Shown here: positions 33,835 to 43,970 of the stretch, piece by piece
How positions within the stretch are numbered: the first letter of the stretch is position 1
Layout of the letters: the number at the start of each line of letters is the position of its first letter
Assembly (NCBI GenBank): GCA_027923505.1
Contig: BROI01000004.1
Location: 124,001 to 188,000, forward strand
Reading direction: 5' to 3'
Source of the DNA: Mayamaea pseudoterrestris
Lineage: Eukaryota
Length of the DNA: 64,000 bases
Program-made: the position numbers and the translations under genes
The notes under the pieces: generated by a model
Told to the model about the DNA's origin: nothing
The model's input: only the letters and a program-made list of their open reading frames with translations
Database searches by the model: none

Positions 33835-35034
33835 ATGTATTCATCCCAGCCAGCCGACATTTCACTCGGTGAAAAATGCCGCACGCTAGTCTCTCTCCGC
33901 GCCGACAAGACCGAGTCTCGCTTTTTCGTCGGCACGAACTGCGTTCCAAATCCATCCAGCAACGGCGTTTACATGTTGCGCTACGACAGCGAAGCCAACG
34001 AGGTTAGCGTCGACGCCAAGCTGTCGCATCCCATTGGATCCATTGCCGCCATGTGTACGAGTCCGACGGAAGCGTCCGTGTTAATGACGGCGACGGAAGG
34101 AAGCAGTGACGCCACCTTGTGGAAAGTGCCACCCGAAGTCATGCTTTCGTCACATGACGACAAGTATGACAATGAGGATGAATCGAATCGACATAATCAC
34201 TCGTCGCGAGACTTGTTCATGACAAACACTGAATCAATGGAAGTCATGGCGACGCTTCCAGCTGGTGGAGCAGACTTGGTGGATGTGAAGTGGAGAGACC
34301 CTGGAGATGAAGGTGCCGTATCGGCTGGCGATGTGTTGACGATTGATCGCCAGGGACGAATATGTCAATGGGACGTTGGCTTTGGTCAAGCCGAGCAGAT
34401 TCAAAGTGTGCAAGCTCCGAGTGATAAGCTTCCCAGGTGGCAGCCACGTGTCGTATGGGATCCGCACGGCAATGGCAATGCAGTGGCTGTGACAAGGGGT
34501 CCGTCGGTTGGTCTTTTGGACTGGCGAATGGATACATCGATACCCTCAGGGACAGTGGATTCGTTTCTAGCACATCGATATGCTGTTACTGATTTGGATT
34601 ACAATCCAAACAAGCCCTTCGTCCTGGCGACGGCGGGTCAAGATGCATTAATCAAGTTTTGGGACTTGCGATCGGCCAAGCAGCCTCTTCTCGTAGCTCG
34701 AGGGGGGCATTCCCATTGGGCATACCGAGTCATGTATAATCCCTTTCATGACCAATTGCTGCTGTCGTCGGGCACTGACTCACAAGTGAACTTGTGGCGA
34801 TGCAGCACTATTTCGTCAGCCCCGCTAATGACTTTAGATGACTCTGATAACGGTGATGATGCATCTGATACGTCGGCTCCGAACGTTTTGGTGGATCGAT
34901 ACGAGCATAATGATTCCGTCTACGGTCTGGCATGGGGTGCTGCGGATGCGTGGATCTACATGTCGCTCGGCTATGATGGCAAGGCAGTGGCCAACCATGT
35001 GCCGAGCAAGGAAAAGTACAAGATTTTGTTGTAA
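33835..35034 (+). CDS. EIPR1: WD40 protein EIPR1/TSSC1 (EARP/GARP-interacting)
   Basis: RFFVGT, DLDYNPNK...LAT.G.D..IKFWDLR, GHSHW, YNPFHDQL.LS, HNDSVYG.AW, C-terminal VPSKEKYKILL. Confidence 0.9.
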   Translation: MYSSQPADISLGEKCRTLVSLRADKTESRFFVGTNCVPNPSSNGVYMLRYDSEANEVSVDAKLSHPIGSIAAMCTSPTEASVLMTATEGSSDATLWKVPPEVMLSSHDDKYDNEDESNRHNHSSRDLFMTNTESMEVMATLPAGGADLVDVKWRDPGDEGAVSAGDVLTIDRQGRICQWDVGFGQAEQIQSVQAPSDKLPRWQPRVVWDPHGNGNAVAVTRGPSVGLLDWRMDTSIPSGTVDSFLAHRYAVTDLDYNPNKPFVLATAGQDALIKFWDLRSAKQPLLVARGGHSHWAYRVMYNPFHDQLLLSSGTDSQVNLWRCSTISSAPLMTLDDSDNGDDASDTSAPNVLVDRYEHNDSVYGLAWGAADAWIYMSLGYDGKAVANHVPSKEKYKILL

Positions 35035-35457
35035 GATATGTATTAACCGTCTTTGTAATAGGTTGCCACCGATAGAGGGAGCCTCTGTTGTTAATCGATG
35101 TACCAGCTGGATGTTAGCGATTCAATAGTGCTGTTAGTACCGCTGCGATTAGACGATGTAGCAGCATCGCATGCGTTGAACGAACGCGAAACGGCTCGCC
35201 GCTTGATCAGCATGATGATGGGAGGAGGTGCAACCGGCACGTCCCTTTGACGTTACTACTGTAATACAAGTTGGCTATATTCAGCACGCAAAGTACAAGC
35301 TTGGAGACGCGGAAGCAAAATTATAGTACCTTTGGAGGAAAGACGGTGCTGTCAAGGAACAAATTTACTACTCGCAATACTCGATACAAAGCGACAGACG
35401 GCAGTCCAGAGGACAATCAAGCAGTAGACTGCAACAAGGAACAATCTGCTTGAAACC

Positions 35458-37443
35458 ATGATGAAATTCCGGCGACCATCGAGTCGGTCATCGCTATCCA
35501 AGGATACGTCCGTGACGCAATCTCAAAGCTCCAATCCACTTTCACCACGATCATCGAACGATCCTTACAGAAGTTTTCGCAGTCAAGGTGTAACTGTTCC
35601 AATTTCAGAAGACGGAAGGATACAAGCCGTGCATGAAATTGCCTACAAGACGCCCGATAGTCGCTATCGTTCCATGTCGGCGCAGCGAGCTGCTCCATCG
35701 TCTCGCGAAAGCGAGGAGCTGCGAATCATCGGTCGAGACGACGGACGACATTCGTCATCGCGCGGACGCAGTCACAGTCGCTCACGTGAGCAGGGTCGTA
35801 GCCAAAGCCAAGGACCAGTCCGCAGTCGCAGTCGAGGTCGGAAAGTAGACGATTCATATGATCATAGTCGACATAATCAACGCTCGACGAGTGTGACGCG
35901 GCATTCCAGCTACAGGCCGGGCTCGGAAGGCTTTCACATGTCGGAACCGACACTGTCAGTCGATACGTCGGAGGATGAAAACAAGAAACGAAAGTCGAAA
36001 ATGGAAAAGATTCGACAGCTGCAAGCAAAGAATGAGCTATACAAGGAGGAATTTAAAAAGGTGCAACGCGACAGAAAGAAACTGAAAAAGGAGCTGGAGG
36101 CAAAGGGTCAAGAGATTGAGTCGCTGACAAACGAAATCGACGCCCATGTTGCCGAGACATCTCGTTTAAAATCTCAGCTTTCAGAAGTCATGATGTTTGT
36201 CGATCGCAGAGTCGAAGACGACGGCAAGGAAAAACATGCATTAAAAGCGTTACAAAAGGAACTTGATGCTGCCAAGGCCGATCACGAATCTGCGCTGCGG
36301 CGAGTATCCGAGCTAAAGAATGATCTCAAGGATTTGAAAGAGTATGTGCGCCGAAAAGACGAGCAGCTTGAAACGCTGACTCTTGAGGTGTCGGAGCAAC
36401 AGCAGCAACTACACAAGCTTAAGGAAGAGAAGAAAAGTATGTTTAACCAAATGAATGATAAAGGGCTGCAAGAGTCGACGAGAGTCATTGAACTATGCAA
36501 ACAGAATGATAATCTCAAGACTGAACTTGATGCCACGGTTGAGCGCGCTGCCAACATGGTGCAGGAGCGGGAGGAAGCGATTGCAGACCTTTTGAAAGAA
36601 AACGACGAACTTAAAGGGCAGTTGACTAAAGCGCGAAGCGAAAGCAACGCTGATCGTGCATCACACGAAGAAATTGACCAACTTAGAGAGGAATTGCAGC
36701 AAGCACAAGCATCACTCGAAGAGGCACAAGATCGGAATGTACTTTTGGAGGAAGAAATTGAGCAGTGGATCAATAGAGGATCAGAGATGGAAGGATCTCT
36801 TGAGAGACTGGAAAGTGATGTCGCCACATGGCGAGACAAGGCCACTGACGCACAATCATCACTCGAAGAAGTACAGTCCCAGCTTGTTGATGCTCAATCC
36901 GAATCAGCAACTCACAAGGACGCCCTACGACTCGCCCAAGCAAAATTTGAAGCAGATGTGGTGGCGCTAAAGGAAAAGCACAATGCATCAATTGCAGACA
37001 TTGAGGCTCGAGCGTTTGCCGAACGCGTTGAAAAGCCAGCGCCGTCTCAACAAGCCATGTTGTTGGAGCAAGCAGTGGCGAAGCAGCGCGACCCTGCCAA
37101 GCTGGGGGCCGCGAACTGGCGCAAGTTTTTAGCCGGCGCACCAAGCGAGGATGGAAGTGATTCTGGTGAAAAGGACAAGCGGTTGAGGGAATTACAGGAG
37201 GAGAACCAAGCTCGCAGCGACGAAATAAAAGCTTTGAAAAGCGAATTGGTCAAGCTGCGATCGAGTTACAATGAAGCAATGTATGTGCACAAGAAGAAAA
37301 TTGAGTCGTTGGAAGAGGAAAACAACCAACATGTTGACAAGATCGCATCACTGGAGCATCAACTTCGTGAAGGATCTGCCTTTGAGAAATACTTGAAGGA
37401 ACGACAAGCGAGTGTGACTGATGGGTCAATTGCATCCGAGTAA
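35458..37443 (+). CDS. Long coiled-coil protein with SR-rich N-terminus
   Basis: 661-aa ORF, E/K/L/Q-rich heptads. Confidence 0.8.
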   Translation: MMKFRRPSSRSSLSKDTSVTQSQSSNPLSPRSSNDPYRSFRSQGVTVPISEDGRIQAVHEIAYKTPDSRYRSMSAQRAAPSSRESEELRIIGRDDGRHSSSRGRSHSRSREQGRSQSQGPVRSRSRGRKVDDSYDHSRHNQRSTSVTRHSSYRPGSEGFHMSEPTLSVDTSEDENKKRKSKMEKIRQLQAKNELYKEEFKKVQRDRKKLKKELEAKGQEIESLTNEIDAHVAETSRLKSQLSEVMMFVDRRVEDDGKEKHALKALQKELDAAKADHESALRRVSELKNDLKDLKEYVRRKDEQLETLTLEVSEQQQQLHKLKEEKKSMFNQMNDKGLQESTRVIELCKQNDNLKTELDATVERAANMVQEREEAIADLLKENDELKGQLTKARSESNADRASHEEIDQLREELQQAQASLEEAQDRNVLLEEEIEQWINRGSEMEGSLERLESDVATWRDKATDAQSSLEEVQSQLVDAQSESATHKDALRLAQAKFEADVVALKEKHNASIADIEARAFAERVEKPAPSQQAMLLEQAVAKQRDPAKLGAANWRKFLAGAPSEDGSDSGEKDKRLRELQEENQARSDEIKALKSELVKLRSSYNEAMYVHKKKIESLEEENNQHVDKIASLEHQLREGSAFEKYLKERQASVTDGSIASE

Positions 37444-37680
37444 GCTTCGGAAAGTTGGCGGTATGGCCAATTTCTGCTGCCGCAATTCCTCATCGTAGAA
37501 TGAATAGCTATGTATACTCTTTTGACTTGCATTGCCGGCGGCGATGCAGTAAACAACTATGAAGAACTGGTAGAACTAGTCAAAGAATGGATTATATTAT
37601 CTAGCTGAATGTTAGTCTAGACGGGCGCTCTCAAGGAAAGTAAGCCAAAGAGTTTCTCAAGGCGAGAAATAGCTGCTAGC

Positions 37681-38100
37681 TTAGAACTGGACAGGAACCG
37701 AGGAAGGGTCGAATCGGTCCGCAGCCAAGCCAAGGTTGACAAAGATCTCCTTTCCGTTGACAAGTTCCTGGGCAATGATACCCATGGCGCCAAGCATGGC
37801 CAAGCGGCCGTTCTGGAGCTCCTTGGTCTGGATCTCGGCAAACTCGGCCGGGTCGGAAGGCTTCAGGCCAAGTGGGTCGAAGCCAATATCACCTGGGTAG
37901 TACTCCTCTTTGAGAACCTTGTCAGTGACAAAAGCGTTGGCAGGGGCGTTCCATCCCTTGAGGGCGCGGTTCAACTCGAGGGTACCGATAATGACGGCAA
38001 GCAACTCGAAGAAAAAGGGCGAGACGGCACGGACTTCGTCAAGGTGACGAATGGAAGGTCCAATGTCCTTGGTTCCAGCCTCAAAGAGCGGGTGGAACTC
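37681..38100 (-). pseudogene. 5'-truncated Lhcx-type light-harvesting protein (helices 2-3 only)
   Basis: [20 protein letters not shown]...[10 protein letters not shown]...[15 protein letters not shown]...[12 protein letters not shown]; in-frame TGA at 38116-38118 and no helix-1 or presequence visible upstream. Confidence 0.7.
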
Positions 38101-38440
38101 AACTTTGGTGTGACATCAATCAAGCAAATGTCGCCGTGGCAGATGGCTGGTGGCAGGTGTCTGTACGGTTTGGTAATGTCGAGACTGTTGATTTGCGTCA
38201 AGTGCTTTGATGTCAATGTAACAGGCTTCAGACAGCGGAGCGGCGGCGCAATGCATCAAAAGCACCGTTTCTTCTTCATGGTGGATGGGAAGATTATTTT
38301 GTGAAGCCGAAACCGTCGCCACAGTAAAAAATTAGGTCGTACCGGTACCGCTACACGGAAGTCACATTGGTCATCAGTCTGACCCAAAGTGTAGCAAGTC
38401 CCGGAAGGACTTTTCCGCATTTTCTCCATCGCAAGTCGAC

Positions 38441-38460
38441 CCGCCATGGCGCCATGGCGG
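38441..38460. repeat. Perfect 20-bp GC-rich palindrome
   Basis: CCGCCATGGCGCCATGGCGG is its own reverse complement. Confidence 0.85.
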
Positions 38461-38782
38461 CGGCGATTGGCATTGCGAATGGCTCTGTTTCGAGTCGACC
38501 AATGGTCACTGCTAATTTAGTTCAACACCTTTAGGCTCAGCCATGGCTACTGGTAGCTAGAAGCGAGAATGATCGTACCTCTTGTGACGCTGTCGCCACG
38601 ACTCGGCCGTCCGTTTCATTCATCGCCAACACCGTATGATCAATCGTAACACGACAGCTAGAGGCTACCGGCGGAAAAATCATTCCGCAAGCGCCGCATA
38701 CTGTCACTCTTTGTCATAATTTCATTGTTGCAATCGAATCGCAAGCGACATTCCCCTTGCCATTCACCATTGTGACAGCTAT

Positions 38783-38807
38783 CTACTCCCTACTCCCTAC
38801 TCCCTAC
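38783..38807 (+). repeat. (CTACTCC)x3.5 microsatellite upstream of ORF 38858
   Basis: ctactcc ctactcc ctactcc ctac. Confidence 0.8.
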
Positions 38808-38857
38808 CTTTAACACTCAAGTCAAGCAGCGTTTCTCGTTCAACAAGACAAGTCACC

Positions 38858-40003
38858 ATGGTCAATTTCAAGGCTTCTGTCATTCTATTGCTCGGCATTG
38901 CCAGCACGACCGTCTGCGTCAAGGCGGACAAGACTGCAATCACAAACGTGGATGCGTCCGTCTCAAACGCGAATATGGGTTACTCCAACGCCAACATTTA
39001 CGGCATGGAAACACAGGAAGACAAGTCCAAGGACATTATGCAGTTTGCATCAGTCACAAGCGAATCGACTGGAGCGAAGGAACTCACGACTGGAATTACA
39101 AGCAAGACGAAGAGACGTAGGAACAAGACGCTCCGAAACAAGTTGGAAAAGCCACGCAGTGTCATGGCTCTTTCTGTATTGCTGCTCATTAGCGCAATAT
39201 CCATCACGGTATGGGCGATTGACAAGGTGGTAGATGGTATCAAGACCATCTTTGCGTCTGGATTTTTCATGGCGCTATGTGGACTCTGCGTCGTTCTCGA
39301 CTTTTTCTTGGTCTTGACTTGCGCTACCATCTTTGGAACGGCCATTTACGTTGTGCGACGCAAGTGGAACCGACTCACCTGGCCGATTCGCTACGTCAAT
39401 GACTGCGCCACGCAAAATGCTCAGAGTGCTGGCTTGCTGGCTTGGGTCTACAGTCTCATGGCCTCGTGGTTCATGACATGCATTGTGGTTGATGGCGATT
39501 GGGTACACGACGATACGCAGCTGTCGGCGTTCTTGACCTGCGCCATTGGAGCATCACTCTCTGCCAAGTTTGTTTACTGGATGGGATATGGCGAGACGCT
39601 CGTGCTGTTGACTGGATGGCGCTTCCTTGCGATTAGTCTGGCGCTGCTGTTGGTGGGACTCAATTGGCTCGTATATTATCACGACGACTCAAGCTTGGGC
39701 GGCCGCCTTGTCATTTACGCCACCTTTCTTCCGGTTTTGTACCATGTCGCGTTGATTGTCTTGCTCATTGGAGCCAAGATTCTTCTACTTGTCAGACTCG
39801 CGGTCGGCCTTGTCGTGTGGATCGCCACCTCGATCCCGACGGGCCGCCGAGCTGCTCAAGTGTACAATCACGAAGACGCCATGGACGAGCTCCAAATGGC
39901 CATGGGTAACCTATTCTTGGAAGACAAGATGGAATGTAACGAGTCAGAGTTCCGTTGGGGCGCTAGACTTGCCAACCTGAGACACCGTACGTATTTTATG
40001 TAA
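38858..40003 (+). CDS. Uncharacterised multi-pass membrane protein with signal peptide
   Basis: 381-aa intronless ORF; signal peptide and ~7 hydrophobic segments; no family recognised. Confidence 0.7.
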   Translation: MVNFKASVILLLGIASTTVCVKADKTAITNVDASVSNANMGYSNANIYGMETQEDKSKDIMQFASVTSESTGAKELTTGITSKTKRRRNKTLRNKLEKPRSVMALSVLLLISAISITVWAIDKVVDGIKTIFASGFFMALCGLCVVLDFFLVLTCATIFGTAIYVVRRKWNRLTWPIRYVNDCATQNAQSAGLLAWVYSLMASWFMTCIVVDGDWVHDDTQLSAFLTCAIGASLSAKFVYWMGYGETLVLLTGWRFLAISLALLLVGLNWLVYYHDDSSLGGRLVIYATFLPVLYHVALIVLLIGAKILLLVRLAVGLVVWIATSIPTGRRAAQVYNHEDAMDELQMAMGNLFLEDKMECNESEFRWGARLANLRHRTYFM

Positions 40004-40205
40004 ATTTGAAGAAACAAGGGCAAGAAAGGCCTGTGGATATATGGGAACATGCATTTAATTACATTTAAAAAGTATAAAAGAAAAAATATGGGGTTTCTGT
40101 TGTGTAATAAGTTACTAGCGGATGTACTTGACTTGTAAATAACTTGAGCCAGCCATTCTACAGGGATAACGGACGCTAATACAATTAGATAAAAACCTAT
40201 TCGAT

Positions 40206-41945
40206 CTACTTTCCTCCGCCCGGAGCATCGACACAGCCACATTCAAGTTCCAACCCCAGCCTAATCCTCGCGACGGCCGGAACATGTCGCCGCAGCTTCA
40301 CTCCAGCCAAGGTGAACATGATGCGGCTCGCCCGGCATGCATCTGTGTCATGATAAAAGTCATGCACGTAAACTACCTCGCGGACTCCTGCCTGGACAGT
40401 CACTTTTGCACATTCGTTACACGGAAAAAGAGCAACAAACAAGGTGGCTCCCCGAACATCGGCGCTGCCCTTATTCAAAATGGCATTCATTTCAGCGTGA
40501 CAGACGTAGGGATACTTGCAGTGCAAACTGTTAGTTGCGTGACGCGCCCATGGCAAGTCATCGTCAGAGCAACCAGATGGAAATCCATTGTAGCCAAGGC
40601 CAATAATGCGCTTTTGGTCGTCTACAAGGCAGGCGCCCACTTGTGTGTTGGGATCCTTGGAGCGCTGGGCTGTCAGGACGGCCATGCTGGTAAAGTAGTC
40701 GTCCCATGACAATACGTTGGGGCGTCGCGTTGGCGGGTGCAGGAGCGGATCATAGTTGGCTTCACGCAGTAGCAGTTGGCGATGCGACTCGTCAATCGTA
40801 GTCGACGTGGAAAGCCGTCTAAGCTGTGTCACTCGCTCATTTACGCTTAATTCGTCGATGGACGCGGCATTCGTCGCAACTCCCTCTTCGTCACCAACAG
40901 CAATCGTGCTTTGACGCATGTCCACCAGATCCAAGTCGATCATTGGCCGGCTCGGCTTAAGTTGAATCATCTCAACGCCAGCAAGGCTCAGCAGGATGCG
41001 ACTTGCTCGCAAACTTGTCCTCGCATCGTCATATTCACCGTCATCACAATTGCTTCCACCATTTGCATCATGACAACACTCTTTGCCCGACTCGCTATAT
41101 AATATTTTGCGTATTCGACTTTGGATAATCATCTTGGCGCAATCATGGCACGGAAAGCGCTGGCAGTAGAGGCGGCAATTTGCAACGTCGGCCGAGCACT
41201 TGTTCAGAATGGCATTCACTTCTGCATGCACGACAAACATTGATGGAGGCAGTCGCATTGACACTGACGATTCTTTGCTCGCATCATCTGACGTTGTTGT
41301 AGTTTTCCACGGCAATAAATCGTCACTGCAGCCGCGAGGAAACCCATTATAGCCGATCCCAACAATTCGCTGTCTTTCATCCACAATACATGCTCCGGTT
41401 GGGGTAACTGGATCCTTGGATCGCATGGCCGATAGTGCTGCGACTGCCATAAAGTAGTCGTCCCATGACAAGTAGTCTTTACGTTTTCGTATGACTGCTT
41501 TCAAGTCTGGAGAGTTGGATTGACTAGTCGCACTAGCTGCAGTAGCAGTTTCTTGGCGTGGCTCGGCACTGCCGTCGAGAGATGGCCCCGTCTCCAACTT
41601 TGTGGCACCAGTAGCTTCTTTCATCATTGACGACTTTGACGTCAAATATTTCGCTTCATTCCAAAGAACTGAATCAATTTGTTGCTGCGATAGTGGGTAA
41701 ACCGACCCACCGGACAACGTTTGACACGGCAATGAGAGCATTGAAATGGATGACGGCGACTCGGCGCAACATGGAGCCTCCTTCAGAGAAGCCAATGATA
41801 CGGGAATTGTTGAACTTTTTGTAATATTCATTGATGCTTGCGTATCCGCCGTTTCTTTGGTTTGTTTAAAGCGTTTCGTTATAGAATTCATCGGGACGGA
41901 CGAAGAGGTTTCCGTTTCATTCAAAGTAGTCATCGACGTCTCCAA
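40206..41945 (-). CDS. DCTD: dCMP deaminase with two tandem catalytic domains
   Basis: Two copies of LSWDDYF...RSKDP...GAC.V...GYNGFP.GCSDD..PW...HAE.NAILNK...FPC..CAK. Confidence 0.92.
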   Translation of the reverse strand: METSMTTLNETETSSSVPMNSITKRFKQTKETADTQASMNITKSSTIPVSLASLKEAPCCAESPSSISMLSLPCQTLSGGSVYPLSQQQIDSVLWNEAKYLTSKSSMMKEATGATKLETGPSLDGSAEPRQETATAASATSQSNSPDLKAVIRKRKDYLSWDDYFMAVAALSAMRSKDPVTPTGACIVDERQRIVGIGYNGFPRGCSDDLLPWKTTTTSDDASKESSVSMRLPPSMFVVHAEVNAILNKCSADVANCRLYCQRFPCHDCAKMIIQSRIRKILYSESGKECCHDANGGSNCDDGEYDDARTSLRASRILLSLAGVEMIQLKPSRPMIDLDLVDMRQSTIAVGDEEGVATNAASIDELSVNERVTQLRRLSTSTTIDESHRQLLLREANYDPLLHPPTRRPNVLSWDDYFTSMAVLTAQRSKDPNTQVGACLVDDQKRIIGLGYNGFPSGCSDDDLPWARHATNSLHCKYPYVCHAEMNAILNKGSADVRGATLFVALFPCNECAKVTVQAGVREVVYVHDFYHDTDACRASRIMFTLAGVKLRRHVPAVARIRLGLELECGCVDAPGGGK

Positions 41946-42566
41946 TACCCAGCGGATGCTGCCCAGCGAGAACGCTTCAGAACTACAACTTGTGTATCAG
42001 TTGCTTGAATAAATGTTGACGCAAGCAACACGATAAAACCTGGGAGGACCAGTCGATTGGAGCGTGAAAGTGACAAGCGCGTGATGATAATACTTTTACT
42101 GTTCGCCGTTGAGCAATCAAAGTTCGTCTCTCGCGCTCTCTACGTTAATAAGGCCAATTCAAAAGTGAGGTAGAAAAGCACCTATATCTGGTTTCTCGCT
42201 TAATATACAAGCTGCTTCAAGAGTGGTGATGTCGCATTGGATGGAGGATGGAGGAAAAACGGATCGAGATGCGGATGATGATGACTCACATCTGGCACGA
42301 AATCATGCATCAGGCAATAAAAGAACGACGTCACGAGCGTCATTCAGTTGAAAGGGTTAAATATAAATGAGTCATTGATATAAGCGTCGGTATTTATGCC
42401 ATGATATTGATTACCGCTGCGATGACACTGCAAGGGCAATGCTTGTCACCATAGACCATAGACGAGAATAAAATCCATCCAAGTTCCACCATCAACCGTC
42501 CTCACGACGCAACTCTAAGCCATTAGCCATCATCATACGCGGAAATTGAGACCTTTCTGTTGAATA

Positions 42567-43467
42567 ATGACGATTTCAGGAACTTTAAAGAGTCGCAAGA
42601 CAGCTCCCGAAACAGCCAAAGATTCAGCTAATTCCGCATTACCATCGACGGTGGATTTCTCCTCCGATGCCGCTTCCTGTCAGTTGAATCAAAACAGTCA
42701 ATCGTTCGTCTCATTGATGCACAAGCAAGTCTTGGAGCATGAAAAGGAGCGTCAGCTATTACAGCAAGCGGAGCAGGAGTACAACGAGCGCAAAAGTGCA
42801 CTGTCGAATGCTCAACGCAATATGCAAGCCAATGCTCGTTCCAAATTTTTAATTGCTGCTCGTCAATGTCACGGCGTTGAACTTGAATACATTCAATTAG
42901 AGTCGCAACTTGAGCAATGTCGGGCAGAACGAGACGCATTGCAGCGCGAATATGAAGCGCTAGAGCGAGACGTCCGTGAACAGCAAACGGAACGCGAAAA
43001 CGAGGCGATTTCCATGGGCAAGCAAGTCGCCAAACAACAAGCATATCAGCGTCGCCTGGAAGAAGCAATTCAAATTCATAATCAGGGCGTCGAAAAACGT
43101 CATGCCAAGCTTGACTTGCTGTCGTCCAAGGCGCAAGCGTTGGACGACGAGACGGATTGGAAGGAGCAGCAACTACAAGCTTGCCTGCGCGAAACGAAGC
43201 GACTGCACGGATTGGAGCAAGACAAGAATAATATTATTCAGCAGCTTGGAAGCGCGGTCCGGTCTCAGTTGAGCAAGGTACGAATAAGAGTACTTTGTAA
43301 TCTTTTTTTAAACAATCAGTAACAATCGCGCACTGGCTCACACACTCATTCGTTCCTATATTCATCAGCGACAAGAGCTTCGCAAAGCTCTCTACAAAGC
43401 GCAGGAGGACCATCGACGTGTCAGCGAGGAACTCATGGAGGAGGAGCGTCAGTTGAACAAGAAATGA
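42567..43467 (+). CDS. Coiled-coil protein (intron 43278-43368)
   Basis: Heptad-rich ORF; GTACGA..CAG intron restores the frame to TGA at 43465-43467. Confidence 0.7.
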
Positions 43468-43970
43468 ATAATAATGTCCTGCGACGAGTGACGTAACGAT
43501 TATATTGGGCAATCTGGTATTGTGGCAAACGATGCTAGAAATGGCCACGACAGCTCACGTACCTTTATTATTCCTTTAAATACACAACTTTAACTGACGA
43601 TATACAGTACCCTATTGTCCGGGAGGTGCATCGTATATCAGATTAGTACTGCATCGCTTCAGTATGAATCGCATCTACCGATGAAGCCGACCGACGCAAT
43701 AGATCATAAGCACGGTAGTAGACAAACTTTTTTTTCCATCATTATCTATACGTGTACAACACTTTAATTTTTTCTAATGTATCCTTGTCGACTCAATGAT
43801 ACTACATATATATACTCGTCGTGTCTGTCACATTTTCTATTCTTTTTCTTTCTTGTCGCTTTTGGTACATCTCGTCAAGAAAAAGGCTTTAAACACATTC
43901 TTGCTCCATTCACTCATCTATTATCAAATGACTGAACATCATCCTCGCTGCAGTGTTTGAGCCACACAAT

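Noticed and set aside
38783..38807. CTACTCC repeats as an interstitial telomere
   Set aside because: Only ~3.5 copies and not a TTAGGG-type motif.
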